Positions 8,896 to 17,439 of a DNA stretch of 64,000 bases are shown here, piece after piece; the first letter of the stretch is position 1, and each line of letters opens with the position of its first letter. This DNA is from Oscillospiraceae bacterium. GTDB taxonomy: Bacteria; Bacillota; Clostridia; Oscillospirales; CAG-272. The stretch is taken from NCBI GenBank assembly GCA_015065105.1, contig SVQZ01000006.1, positions 28,274 to 92,273 on the forward strand. The letters are read 5' to 3'. Both the position numbers and the translations under genes were made by a program. The notes beneath the pieces were generated by a model. The model worked only from the letters and a program-made list of their open reading frames with translations. It made no database searches and was not told where the DNA came from.

Positions 8896-8930
8896 ACAGG
8901 TAATAGCCCGTGCTATTACCTGTATTTTTT
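8896..8930 (+). terminator. rho-independent terminator closing the islet operon
   Basis: acaggtaatagc-ccgt-gctattacctgt (12-bp perfect stem) followed by atttttt. Confidence 0.8.
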
Positions 8931-8949
8931 ATTTATAGGAGAAACATCT

Positions 8950-9072
8950 ATGAAAGAAACAAACATTACCGTGCTTATGGTAGAACCCGGCAAGAATCCT
9001 TTTATGACAAACGTAAAAAACAAACATTTGACACACAGGGAGAATACCGTTATAATATATACATCAAGATAA
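8950..9072 (+). pseudogene. 40-codon ORF resembling the N-terminus of DUF3846-type mobile-element proteins (probable gene remnant)
   Basis: My translation: MKETNITVLMVEPGKNPFMTNVKNKHLTHRENTVIIYTSR*, with AGGAG 6 nt upstream. From memory, ITVLMVEPGKNP matches the start of DUF3846 proteins (M.I.VL.VEPGK.P). The similarity is lost after ~22 aa. Confidence 0.3.
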
Positions 9073-9083
9073 CGGAGAACAAC

Positions 9084-9896
9084 ATGAAAAACATTATAGA
9101 AATAAAAGATTTTCTCTCTCCCGAGCTGGACGTATATGCACGGCTGAGCGAGGCTCAGCTTTTGAACAGAGAGTTTCCCGAAAAGGGTATGTTTATAGCA
9201 GAGAGTCCGAAGGTTATCGGACGTGCCCTTGATGCAGGCTATGAGGCGGTAAGCTGCCTTATGGAGAAAAGGCATATAGATGGCGAGGGTAAGGCCATTC
9301 TTGAGCGAATAGGGGGCGTACCCGTATTTTGTGCGGAATTTGATGTTTTGACTCAGCTCACGGGCTTCAAGCTTACAAGAGGTATGCTTTGTGCAATGAG
9401 ACGTAAGCCGCTGAAGAGCGTAAAAAAGGTGTGTGAGGGTAAAAGCAGAATAGTAATACTCGACAAGGTCATGAATCCGACAAACGTGGGCGCAATAATC
9501 CGCTCGGCGGCGGCTCTCGGAATGGATGCGGTGCTCCTTACTCCCGGATGCTCCGACCCCCTCTACCGACGTGCGGCAAGGGTGAGCATGGGTACGGTTT
9601 TTCAGATAGAATGGACTTTTCTGCCCGATGAAGGTTTTGATGAAATAAGTTCGCTCGGCTTCAAAACGGTAGCTATGGCATTAAAGGACGAATCTGTTTC
9701 GGTAAGCGATCCCGCTCTGAATGCCGAAGAGAAGCTTGCCGTTATTATGGGTACCGAAGGTGACGGGCTCTGTGACGAAACTATAGAGGGCTGTGACTAT
9801 ACCGTTAAAATACCGATGTATCACGGAGTTGATTCGCTGAACGTTGCCGCCGCATCTGCCGTGGCATTCTATGCGCTGGGCAATAAGGGGAAATGA
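9084..9896 (+). CDS. TrmH/SpoU family RNA 2'-O-methyltransferase
   Basis: Start reset to ATG 9084 (GGAGAA at 9074-9079). The sequence has a SpoU substrate-binding-like N-terminus and SPOUT motifs (NPTNVGAIIRSAAALG, VIMGTEGDGL, IPMYHGVDSLNVAAASAVAFY). Confidence 0.85.
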   Translation: MKNIIEIKDFLSPELDVYARLSEAQLLNREFPEKGMFIAESPKVIGRALDAGYEAVSCLMEKRHIDGEGKAILERIGGVPVFCAEFDVLTQLTGFKLTRGMLCAMRRKPLKSVKKVCEGKSRIVILDKVMNPTNVGAIIRSAAALGMDAVLLTPGCSDPLYRRAARVSMGTVFQIEWTFLPDEGFDEISSLGFKTVAMALKDESVSVSDPALNAEEKLAVIMGTEGDGLCDETIEGCDYTVKIPMYHGVDSLNVAAASAVAFYALGNKGK

Positions 9897-10033
9897 TCGG
9901 AGTTTTTTGATCGGGTATAAACCAGAGTAAAACCCCTTCTTTGGATACCGAAACGACCCGATTCTCCATAAATGAAAATTGTTACAGATCGAAACGATAC
10001 ACTTTAGATCCATAAGCCGGCGGAGGTTTTCAC

Positions 10034-11221
10034 ATGATTTCTTTTAACAGCCTATTTAATACCGATCCCGAGGCGGAGTATTTTCCCGAATATGATTGTA
10101 ACGGTGAGTACAAGGGAATAAAGGCATTGACCTACAGAGGCGCAGACTATAAGGGAAAGCCTACGAGAATATTTGCTCATATAGGATTCCCTGAGAGCGC
10201 GGAGGGCTCAGTTCCTGCCGTTGTTCTGATACACGGCGGAGGCGGCCACCCCGATGACGAATGGATCAAAAGATGGAATGCAGAGGGTTATGCCGCTATT
10301 GCCATGAGTACCGACGGTTATTTTCCCGCAAGACCTGTAAATCTGTATGAAGGTGCGGACGTCTCGGATATGGTTCGGGAGTTTTCGGATCCCTTTTACA
10401 AGGAGGGTCATACAATACTTCCCGCAAATATGCATATGTCCGATTCGGATATAACTGTTACCGACCAATGGATCTATCAGGCGGTCGCCGCAGTCATCCT
10501 TGCCGTCAATCTGTTACGGGCAGATGAAGGAGTGGACCCCTGTAAGATCGGAATATGCGGAATATCATGGGGAGCTGTAGTTGCTTCGGTTGCTGTAGGC
10601 TATGATCCCCGTTTCGCTTTTGCCGTACCGATCTACGGCTCGGGCTATCTTGCCTGCGGTCTTTCTGGTCTTGACAGGATCTTCAAGGCTCCCGGTGTGC
10701 AGAAATGGTTCCCCGAAAGAAGATTTCATAAGGTGAAGACTCCCGTCCTCTGGCTTTGCTGGAATGACGACTGCTGTTTTTCGATAAATTCAAATTCAAT
10801 GTCCTATCTTGATACAAAGGATAATAATATAAATACCCGTCTTTCAATGCTTCAGGATATGGGGCATTCCCACTCCTGTGCATATACCGCAAGGGAAAGC
10901 TATTGGTTCGCAAATGAGATCCTGTCGGGCAGAACTGTTCCCGAGGTTACGGCGGAATATATCGGAAATACCGTTAGGTATTCGTGCGGTGTAAAGCCCG
11001 GATCCGTGCGTCTCTTTTACATAACAGAGGAAATGAGCTATACGCGCCGCGAAAAATACGGCTTGCATAACACCTTTATGGAACAGGAGTGGCAAATAAC
11101 CTACCTTGACCCCGAACACACCCGGGCAAAGCTTCCCGGCAACGCAAAAGGGAAGTATATAGAATTTACCCTTGAAAACGGAATAGTGCTTACAACACCT
11201 TACAGTGAGTTCAAAGGGTGA
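10034..11221 (+). CDS. alpha/beta-fold serine hydrolase (dienelactone hydrolase / esterase-like)
   Basis: 395 aa. VVLIHGGGGHPD oxyanion-type segment and nucleophile elbow GISWGA. No signal peptide is evident. Confidence 0.6.
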   Translation: MISFNSLFNTDPEAEYFPEYDCNGEYKGIKALTYRGADYKGKPTRIFAHIGFPESAEGSVPAVVLIHGGGGHPDDEWIKRWNAEGYAAIAMSTDGYFPARPVNLYEGADVSDMVREFSDPFYKEGHTILPANMHMSDSDITVTDQWIYQAVAAVILAVNLLRADEGVDPCKIGICGISWGAVVASVAVGYDPRFAFAVPIYGSGYLACGLSGLDRIFKAPGVQKWFPERRFHKVKTPVLWLCWNDDCCFSINSNSMSYLDTKDNNINTRLSMLQDMGHSHSCAYTARESYWFANEILSGRTVPEVTAEYIGNTVRYSCGVKPGSVRLFYITEEMSYTRREKYGLHNTFMEQEWQITYLDPEHTRAKLPGNAKGKYIEFTLENGIVLTTPYSEFKG

Positions 11222-11245
11222 TTTGTGCAGCAGCATTAACCGTTC

Positions 11246-11274
11246 TTGACAGATAAACCTGCAAATGCTATAAT
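11246..11274 (+). promoter_or_regulatory. consensus sigma-A promoter
   Basis: TTGACA (11246-11251), 17 nt, TATAAT (11269-11274). About 110-nt leader before the 529-aa ORF. Confidence 0.65.
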
Positions 11275-11389
11275 TTTTCAAAAGGTGATAAAATAATTTC
11301 GTCTGTTTTTAATATTTAAGAAACCGCTTAGTATTATAGTTCGGGACGGCACCCGCATTAAAATATCTGAAAGGAGCTTATGAAAACAT

Positions 11390-12979
11390 ATGTCAGAAAT
11401 ATACAGTTATCATACCTTTATACTTCCCTTTATATGGAACGTTGAAGGTATAAGTTCAAGGGACGTTAATGCCTTTCCGAAATGTTTTGAGAATAATCCG
11501 AATTGGATATCTACCAATTTAGAGGAAGCTCACAGAATAGGGGATAACGGTAATATAATTTCGGATGAGGACGCTTCTTTGCTGTATGCGGAATATCAGT
11601 ATTTTAATCCTGCCGCACGTAATGCCATATACGGCTTTGATTCGGAGATCGTTCACAATTATTGCTTTAATCCGAAGTTCGTCCGTAATAAAGGCAGATA
11701 CATAATAGAGAAAAAAGGCATTAAGTATGTTCTTATGGTCAATGCCATTCGTCTGAAGATATATAATACCGGAGTTGCGCTGTTTATACTTGAATGCGAG
11801 AATCTTTCTTCTCCCGAGTTTGCATATCAGAACAATATGTCTGCAGTAAAGAATATCAACGATTACGGAAGACGTATCAGCCTTCCTTTTATTCCCGAGG
11901 ATCCCGACATTTCTGTCTGTGCAGACAGCTTGACTCTTGAAATAGACGGAGTGGGTTCATTTACCGAGAATATGAGGAGCTTTATAGAGGCTACGAGAAA
12001 AAAGAAGGATATATTCGACAAGGTTTCCTTAACTCATATGAGCGATTTTGTGAAGAAGATTTTGGAATACGGAGGTGATTACAGCTTCAGCTCCAATTAT
12101 TCAAAGGCTTTGCAAAATAAAAAAACATTCTATATATATCCGGCACTTGATGACAGAATGTTTACATTCTGCGTTGTATGTAACGGCGAAGCTGTGGCTC
12201 ATTACACGAGAACTGCGAAAAACGGAAAGTATATGTTTGAAACCGATGATAATATGTCAATGGACCTCTATGAGTTTGCTTTTGTTGATCCTGCCGGGGA
12301 ATGCTCGTGCCGGGATTTTAAAATGAGGAGCGATCTTTTGGAAAAGCATATTTACCGCCGTTGGCTTTCTTACGGAACACTGTTTACCGTTGTGAATCAC
12401 AGCTTCATGACCGTTAGCAGTTTTAAACCCACTTGTAATTCAGCATTGACACAGTATTTTCAGATATGCTGTCTTAGCTTGGCACAGCGTGCATCGATAA
12501 TAAACTTTCAGCGCGAAGCAACCGCACTGTCACGTACTATCGAAAAGCAGGGTAAAACGATCCGCGTAAAACTGATCACAAGGATCCTGGACCTTCAGGA
12601 AAGGTTTATTGCCTTTCAGAATCAGCTCTGTTTTACCGAAATATCCTCGCAGGAGCAAGCGATAGATCTTTATGCTATGATCAAGAAAGCTTTCTTTATC
12701 GAAAAGGAAAGCGATGCCTTGGCAAACCATCTTGAAAATTTATATAATGCGGCTAATACCAATATCGATTTCAGCCTGAATAAATACGGTACTGCCATTG
12801 CCATTCTGGCAATACTTATGTCTCTTATAAGCTTCTGTGCCGATTTTTCCGGATTTACGAGTCTGTTTATCAAGGACGGGCTGAAGGGCTTACCCCTGTT
12901 ATGGGCTATACTCGGCTTCGGATGCGTTGCGGCGGCATTGGCTTCACTTAGTTTACTTATCTACAAAAGGAGAAAATAG
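11390..12979 (+). CDS. hypothetical membrane protein with CorA-like C-terminal architecture
   Basis: 529 aa. Large soluble N-terminal part, long helical segment, then two C-terminal TM helices (TAIAILAILMSLISFCADF, LPLLWAILGFGCVAAALASLSLLIY) and a basic end (KRRK). There is no GMN motif. G+C is lower than the flanks (35% on one sampled line). Confidence 0.5.
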   Translation: MSEIYSYHTFILPFIWNVEGISSRDVNAFPKCFENNPNWISTNLEEAHRIGDNGNIISDEDASLLYAEYQYFNPAARNAIYGFDSEIVHNYCFNPKFVRNKGRYIIEKKGIKYVLMVNAIRLKIYNTGVALFILECENLSSPEFAYQNNMSAVKNINDYGRRISLPFIPEDPDISVCADSLTLEIDGVGSFTENMRSFIEATRKKKDIFDKVSLTHMSDFVKKILEYGGDYSFSSNYSKALQNKKTFYIYPALDDRMFTFCVVCNGEAVAHYTRTAKNGKYMFETDDNMSMDLYEFAFVDPAGECSCRDFKMRSDLLEKHIYRRWLSYGTLFTVVNHSFMTVSSFKPTCNSALTQYFQICCLSLAQRASIINFQREATALSRTIEKQGKTIRVKLITRILDLQERFIAFQNQLCFTEISSQEQAIDLYAMIKKAFFIEKESDALANHLENLYNAANTNIDFSLNKYGTAIAILAILMSLISFCADFSGFTSLFIKDGLKGLPLLWAILGFGCVAAALASLSLLIYKRRK

Positions 12980-12983
12980 AAGG

Positions 12984-13535
12984 ATGAGACCCGAAAAAAT
13001 ATGCAGAGAAATGAATGTGATCCATTACGTTTTATTCTTCTTTCGGAATAATCCTGAGTTTCGTACCAGATATTATCATGAATTTATCAAGTGGGTGGGA
13101 TATGACAATTGGGATGAAGTGCTCCCCGAGATCCGAAATTCATGGGAATCGGCACGAAACAGCTTTGATAAGCTGCACGGACTTGCAAGAGCTTTCAAAG
13201 AATTTAAAAACCCGCAGGACATCTTGATTCCCCGTGAGTCTGCACCCGACGAAGCTCTTGTTGATTCGATGAAAGAGGCATCGGAGGTTTTCAGCGAGCT
13301 TTTAAAGCTTGAGGCCCGCATACCCGATAATTGTAAGCCTGAGGGTATAAAATGCCTTAAATCGCTTATAGAAATATATGCAAGCGGTAAAAATGACAGT
13401 GTAAAGAATGAGCTTTGTAAATATTTTGATGACAGAATTGATGTTTGTAAAGAATTAAGAGGTCTCGAAATCGAAAAGGAAAAAGCCGAAATAGAATCAA
13501 TAAAACACAAAGCTTCCGAGGAGAAAAAGGAATAA
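12984..13535 (+). CDS. hypothetical protein
   Basis: Start reset to ATG 12984 (AAAGGAGAA upstream), 5 nt after the preceding stop. 183 aa, helical/charged. No motif recognised. Confidence 0.5.
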   Translation: MRPEKICREMNVIHYVLFFFRNNPEFRTRYYHEFIKWVGYDNWDEVLPEIRNSWESARNSFDKLHGLARAFKEFKNPQDILIPRESAPDEALVDSMKEASEVFSELLKLEARIPDNCKPEGIKCLKSLIEIYASGKNDSVKNELCKYFDDRIDVCKELRGLEIEKEKAEIESIKHKASEEKKE

Positions 13536-13556
13536 TTGAGCGAAGAAATACGAAAA

Positions 13557-13583
13557 GGACAGAAGCAGGCTTCTGTCCTTTTT
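13557..13583 (+). terminator. rho-independent terminator
   Basis: ggacagaagc-ag-gcttctgtcc (10-bp stem) plus ttttt. Confidence 0.8.
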
Positions 13584-13865
13584 AATTTATAGGAAATTGC
13601 TTCGATTCGGGCACTGAAGAAAGAAGCTTATGTAAGGTTCACACCCGATCATCGGTGCGCCCGGCGTCCGCTTTTTTAATGTATAGGAAATTGCTCTGAT
13701 TCGGGCACCGAAGAAAGAAGCTTATATAAGGTTCACGCCCGATCATCGCTGCGGGCCGGCGTCCGCTTTTTTAATTTATAGGAAATTGCTCCGATTCGGG
13801 CACTGAAGAAAGAAGCTTATGTAAGGTTCACACCCGATCATCGGTGCGCCCGGCGGCGCTTTTTT
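13584..13865 (+). repeat. three head-to-tail copies of a ~95-bp intergenic repeat (body type A)
   Basis: Units 13584-13677, 13678-13772 and 13773-13865. Each is AATNTATAGGAAATTGCT..GATTCGGGCAC.GAAGAAAGAAGCTTAT.TAAGGTTCAC.CCCGATCATCG.TGCG..CGGCG.CGCTTTTTT. Confidence 0.9.
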
Positions 13866-16348
13866 AGAATAAGCAGTGTGAGTGCCGCAAGGATAAGCGT
13901 TATGCCGCCGACGGTGTAAACGGTTGTACCGATGCCGCCTGTGGAGGGAAGTATCGAGCCCGAGATATTTTCGACCTTTATCGTATTTTCCTCCAGATGG
14001 CTCGATTCGTTTACGGTAAGCTCGAAGGCTTCACCTAAGAGGTTATAGCCTGCGGGAGCCTTGGTCTCCGCAAGATAGTATTTTCCGTAGGCAAGACCGT
14101 AGATGCCTACACTTCCGTTTTTGCCGGAGGTAACCGAGGTAACCTTTTCGCCTTTAAGCTCAGGGTTGTCAAAGAAGGACACCTTGATGACCTTACCCGT
14201 TGCACCCGCTATCTCGGTAAGACGGGTGTCGTTTGCGCCCACCTCCTCGGGAGTTGCGGGACGGTATAATTCAAAGGTTGCACCCGAAAGGGTCTCGGAG
14301 CTGTTTTTTGAATCCACCTTCAAAAGATTTGCACCGCCCGTGTAAACGACAGGTTTGTCCGATCTTGCGGTAAAGTCAAAGTTGACAGCATTGATATATT
14401 CAATTTCGGCTTGGTTGGGTATTTGTGTACCCATTTCCGCATTTGCGTTTATCTGCGCGTCGAAATAAACGCGGAGCATATAGCTGTTAAAATCGTTTGT
14501 GCCCACGGTATCCGCTATCTTCGCCATACCTGCGGCTGTAAGCTCGACTATGAAGGAATCACCCGGGCGATCTTCCGAAAGAGAATCAAGGTCTGTTACG
14601 GTAAGCTTGTAATCGGTATCGGGGGTAAGGGCTGCAACCGTACCCTCTCCGCTTTTTTCAAGAACTATCATAAGGTTGCCGAGATAATCGAGACGGTTGT
14701 CAAGAGTGTCGGTTATAACGTAGGATCTACCGCTTGAGATATCCTCGGGGACTGTTGCACCGATTATCCAGGTGTGTGCTTCGTAGGCATTGACCGAAGC
14801 CTCGTCGTTTCCCACCGAAACAACGTCCTTTTCGATATAAACACCGCCCTTGACGTCATTTTTCGGCTTTATCGTTACCTCGTTCACCCATTCTCCGCTG
14901 TCGGGATCTGTCATGGGGATGTGCAGATAGAAGGGCTCTATCGGAGCAACGATGCTCGGATGGGGTCTTTCAACAACAAGATAAACACCGTCGGGAAGGT
15001 TGTGATGAAGGAAATTCATCGAAGCCTTTCCGTTTTCGTCTGTGGTAAGGGAGTAATCGGGAAGAGAGGGATAGGTGTAGTCCTTTGCATCGGGAAGTGT
15101 TACCTCTCCCGAAAGATATTCGTCCATCGTTGCAACGGGATAGATATCAAAGGTGATGCCGGAAAGCGGCTTGTTCTCATAGGAATCGTTACCGACTGCA
15201 ACGTTTGCAAGCTTTTCTATATTGAGGATACGGTCTTCTGCCGCCCTTACCTTTGCATATACGGGAAGACGGCTGTCGTCATAACCAACCATCGACTGAG
15301 ACGCTCCGCGCGCTCCCTCCGAATCGAAGAAGAAGTAACCCTTGACGGTCTGATAACCGGAAATTACAAGATCTACGTTCTCGGAAATAAGGGATGCGGG
15401 AACGTTCTTTAAGGTCAGAGTAACGGTCTGCCTGCCGTTCTTAAGGGAGGCGCTTGCCTTATAGCTGTCGTTAAGCACCGCAGTTAAGGTAAGCTCGTCT
15501 GTTGCCGTTATCTGTACGTCGATAGTTGTGCTGACCGTGATATCATAACTGCCGTCAGAGTTTTCATTGAATACGGGATCGTTGAGATCTGTAAAGGAGG
15601 AGGGGGAAACGGTTTTTTCGGAAGCCGCCACAGGCTCGAGAGAAAGAAGATAGTTGTAGGCGGTTTCTATGGTGGAGTTTATAAGTTCGTTATTCTTGTA
15701 TCTCAATTCACTGTAGGAGCAGAGAGAACCGTATTTTGTGTTCGTAGGATTAAAGACGTATCTGCAGAACTTGGGGAAGGAAAGCTCGGAGCCGTGGGAT
15801 ATCTTCCAGATAGCCGCCTGTGTGGCAGCTATAGCCTCTCCCGTTGTAAGACCCTCGGCGCCCGATGCCGCGGCAAGCTCCGCGGTTTTAGCGGTAACTC
15901 TTTGTGCATGATCGTCTTCCGATTCACCGTCTATCGGAATTATGTAAAAGCCCTTCTGCAGGACCGCACGTATCCTGCCTGCGGCGGAGGCGGAAAAGGA
16001 AGAGTCCTCTAAGTTTACACGGCGGTAGTCCGTACCCTGAACTGCGGTTACGTGAATGTCACCGCAATAGGTAGGGAAGTGCTTTCCTGTTACGGAATTG
16101 TACATGGTATATATAAACGCCTGTATGGGAACGCCGTTTCCTCCGTATTGCTCGTTAAGGTCATAGCCGATCATACAGGGGCTCTGGTAGCGGTACAAGG
16201 ACTCACCGTTACCGTCACGGTTGAGAACGTATGTATCGCTTTCGGCAAGAGTATCCTCTGCAATCGAGGGTAATGTTATTACCGATAATAAAATAAAAAT
16301 ACAAAGGATAAAGGAAATAATTCTTTTGCTGTTTAATAAACCCTTCAT
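13838..16348 (-). CDS. LPXTG-anchored adhesin with thioester domain and Cna-B/isopeptide-type repeats
   Basis: 836 aa with a signal peptide. Thioester-domain cues: Cys in PTYCGDIHV and TQAAIW. Repeated Cna-B-like segments (e.g. GATFELYRP...GKYYLAETKAPAGYNL). C-terminal LPSTGG, then a TM helix and KKRRRAHR. Confidence 0.8.
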   Translation of the reverse strand: MKGLLNSKRIISFILCIFILLSVITLPSIAEDTLAESDTYVLNRDGNGESLYRYQSPCMIGYDLNEQYGGNGVPIQAFIYTMYNSVTGKHFPTYCGDIHVTAVQGTDYRRVNLEDSSFSASAAGRIRAVLQKGFYIIPIDGESEDDHAQRVTAKTAELAAASGAEGLTTGEAIAATQAAIWKISHGSELSFPKFCRYVFNPTNTKYGSLCSYSELRYKNNELINSTIETAYNYLLSLEPVAASEKTVSPSSFTDLNDPVFNENSDGSYDITVSTTIDVQITATDELTLTAVLNDSYKASASLKNGRQTVTLTLKNVPASLISENVDLVISGYQTVKGYFFFDSEGARGASQSMVGYDDSRLPVYAKVRAAEDRILNIEKLANVAVGNDSYENKPLSGITFDIYPVATMDEYLSGEVTLPDAKDYTYPSLPDYSLTTDENGKASMNFLHHNLPDGVYLVVERPHPSIVAPIEPFYLHIPMTDPDSGEWVNEVTIKPKNDVKGGVYIEKDVVSVGNDEASVNAYEAHTWIIGATVPEDISSGRSYVITDTLDNRLDYLGNLMIVLEKSGEGTVAALTPDTDYKLTVTDLDSLSEDRPGDSFIVELTAAGMAKIADTVGTNDFNSYMLRVYFDAQINANAEMGTQIPNQAEIEYINAVNFDFTARSDKPVVYTGGANLLKVDSKNSSETLSGATFELYRPATPEEVGANDTRLTEIAGATGKVIKVSFFDNPELKGEKVTSVTSGKNGSVGIYGLAYGKYYLAETKAPAGYNLLGEAFELTVNESSHLEENTIKVENISGSILPSTGGIGTTVYTVGGITLILAALTLLILKKRRRAHR

Positions 16349-16518
16349 GAAGTAAACATCTCCCTTTTAGTTTATATATTGATTATACCACTTATTGATA
16401 AAAAAATCAAGAGGATAAAAGATATGATACGTTTCTCATATTTTTATTGCGGAAAGCTGCGTTGTGCAGCCGTTTGCAGAGCGGAAATGAGGGGACTCGG
16501 TATAGAAAGGGAAGAGTA

Positions 16519-17343
16519 TCAGTCGATATCCTCCTTCTTTATCGGCTTGAACATAACGTAAATAAGCAAAACAAAGATTATCGGCAGAGCTACGAACGGG
16601 GTAACGATAAGGGTGTCTATTCGGTAAGCTTCGTTTGAAATATAGATATTCTTTTCCTGGGATTCATCGACCTGATGGCCTCTTACCAGCATTCTCTGAG
16701 TATTGATCCCGTAGGGAGTACAGGTAAGAAGGGTACAGTAATCCTTATCCTTTACCACCTGTATCAGGCTCGTGTCGTCGGGGTCAACGATTCGTATCTG
16801 ATCCACCTCGTAGGTGAAGGTCCTGTCAAGTACGGTAAAGGTAAAGGTATCTCCTATCTCCATACGGTCAAGATAGGTAAAAAGCGTAGCTGTGGGCAGA
16901 CCTCTGTGGGCGGATACCACCGCGTGGGTGTTTTCCCCTCCTACAGGCAGGCTGGTACCCTGCATATGACCTGCCGCGGTACTCAGCACCGCATTATCGG
17001 TGCCGTGATATATCGGAAGCTCCTGATTTATTTTCGGAATGCTTACGTAACCCATCATGCCTGTACCGGTGATATCAAGGGTCTTCCAATATTCGTCCTC
17101 TATACGCTCGTAATCCTGAATGGGAAAGTCAAGAGAAAGGAGCTTTTTATTATATTCCTCTGCCTCTTCGATGACAGCGGTGAAATCCTCGGGCTTGTAG
17201 GCGGCTAACATTTTTTCGTAGTTAGTGATAGCCTCGGTCTGTGTCCGCGAGTTCCAAAAGCTGCTTATCGAAGGGTACAACAGCACGGACAAGCCTATGA
17301 AAAATATTATTAAAAGTATAACGGTAACCTTTTTACTCGGCAT
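16519..17343 (-). CDS. srtC: class C (pilus-assembly) sortase
   Basis: TLLTCTPYGINTQRMLVRG (TLxTC motif), conserved VVSAHRGLP, and N- and C-terminal TM segments. ATG 17343 is preferred over 17379 because AGGGGGA sits 6 nt upstream. Confidence 0.85.
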   Translation of the reverse strand: MPSKKVTVILLIIFFIGLSVLLYPSISSFWNSRTQTEAITNYEKMLAAYKPEDFTAVIEEAEEYNKKLLSLDFPIQDYERIEDEYWKTLDITGTGMMGYVSIPKINQELPIYHGTDNAVLSTAAGHMQGTSLPVGGENTHAVVSAHRGLPTATLFTYLDRMEIGDTFTFTVLDRTFTYEVDQIRIVDPDDTSLIQVVKDKDYCTLLTCTPYGINTQRMLVRGHQVDESQEKNIYISNEAYRIDTLIVTPFVALPIIFVLLIYVMFKPIKKEDID

Positions 17344-17439
17344 AAGCTTCCCCCTGCAGTTGTAAAGCTTTTTGATCATCGGCGGGAGTCATGCTCCCGC
17401 CTTGACCAAAAAAACAAACAATAAATTTTGTGATTCTTA

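Larger units (their letters stand above)
3400..8935. mobile_element. AT-rich genomic islet adjacent to tRNA-fMet (no integrase seen)
   Basis: Sharp compositional change. A sampled 60-nt line at 4021 has 30% G+C; one at 9481 has 62%. The left edge is the tRNA-3' repeats. The right edge is the terminator at 8896-8930. Only two long ORFs lie inside. Confidence 0.6.

Noticed and set aside
3400-8935. Searched the islet and its flanks for an integrase or recombinase, a methyltransferase, or a third defence gene.
   Set aside because: No ORF over 60 aa other than the two reported genes and their internal antisense artefacts. Nothing has tyrosine or serine recombinase motifs.
8910-9083. N-terminal extension of the TrmH ORF (track start 8910).
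   Set aside because: The proposed GTG start lies in the loop of the 8896-8930 terminator. A good RBS precedes the ATG at 9084. The extension is low-complexity and basic and has no methyltransferase homology.
11380-11445. 21-codon upstream ORF (MKTYVRNIQLSYLYTSLYMER) starting 3 nt after the GGAG that precedes the 529-aa gene.
   Set aside because: The spacing to the RBS is too short and it is out of frame with the main ORF. It is noted only because it makes the true start of the 529-aa gene slightly uncertain (13-nt spacing).
13584-13865. CRISPR array?
   Set aside because: The ~95-bp units are directly abutting with no spacers. They are far longer than CRISPR repeats, and no cas genes are present.
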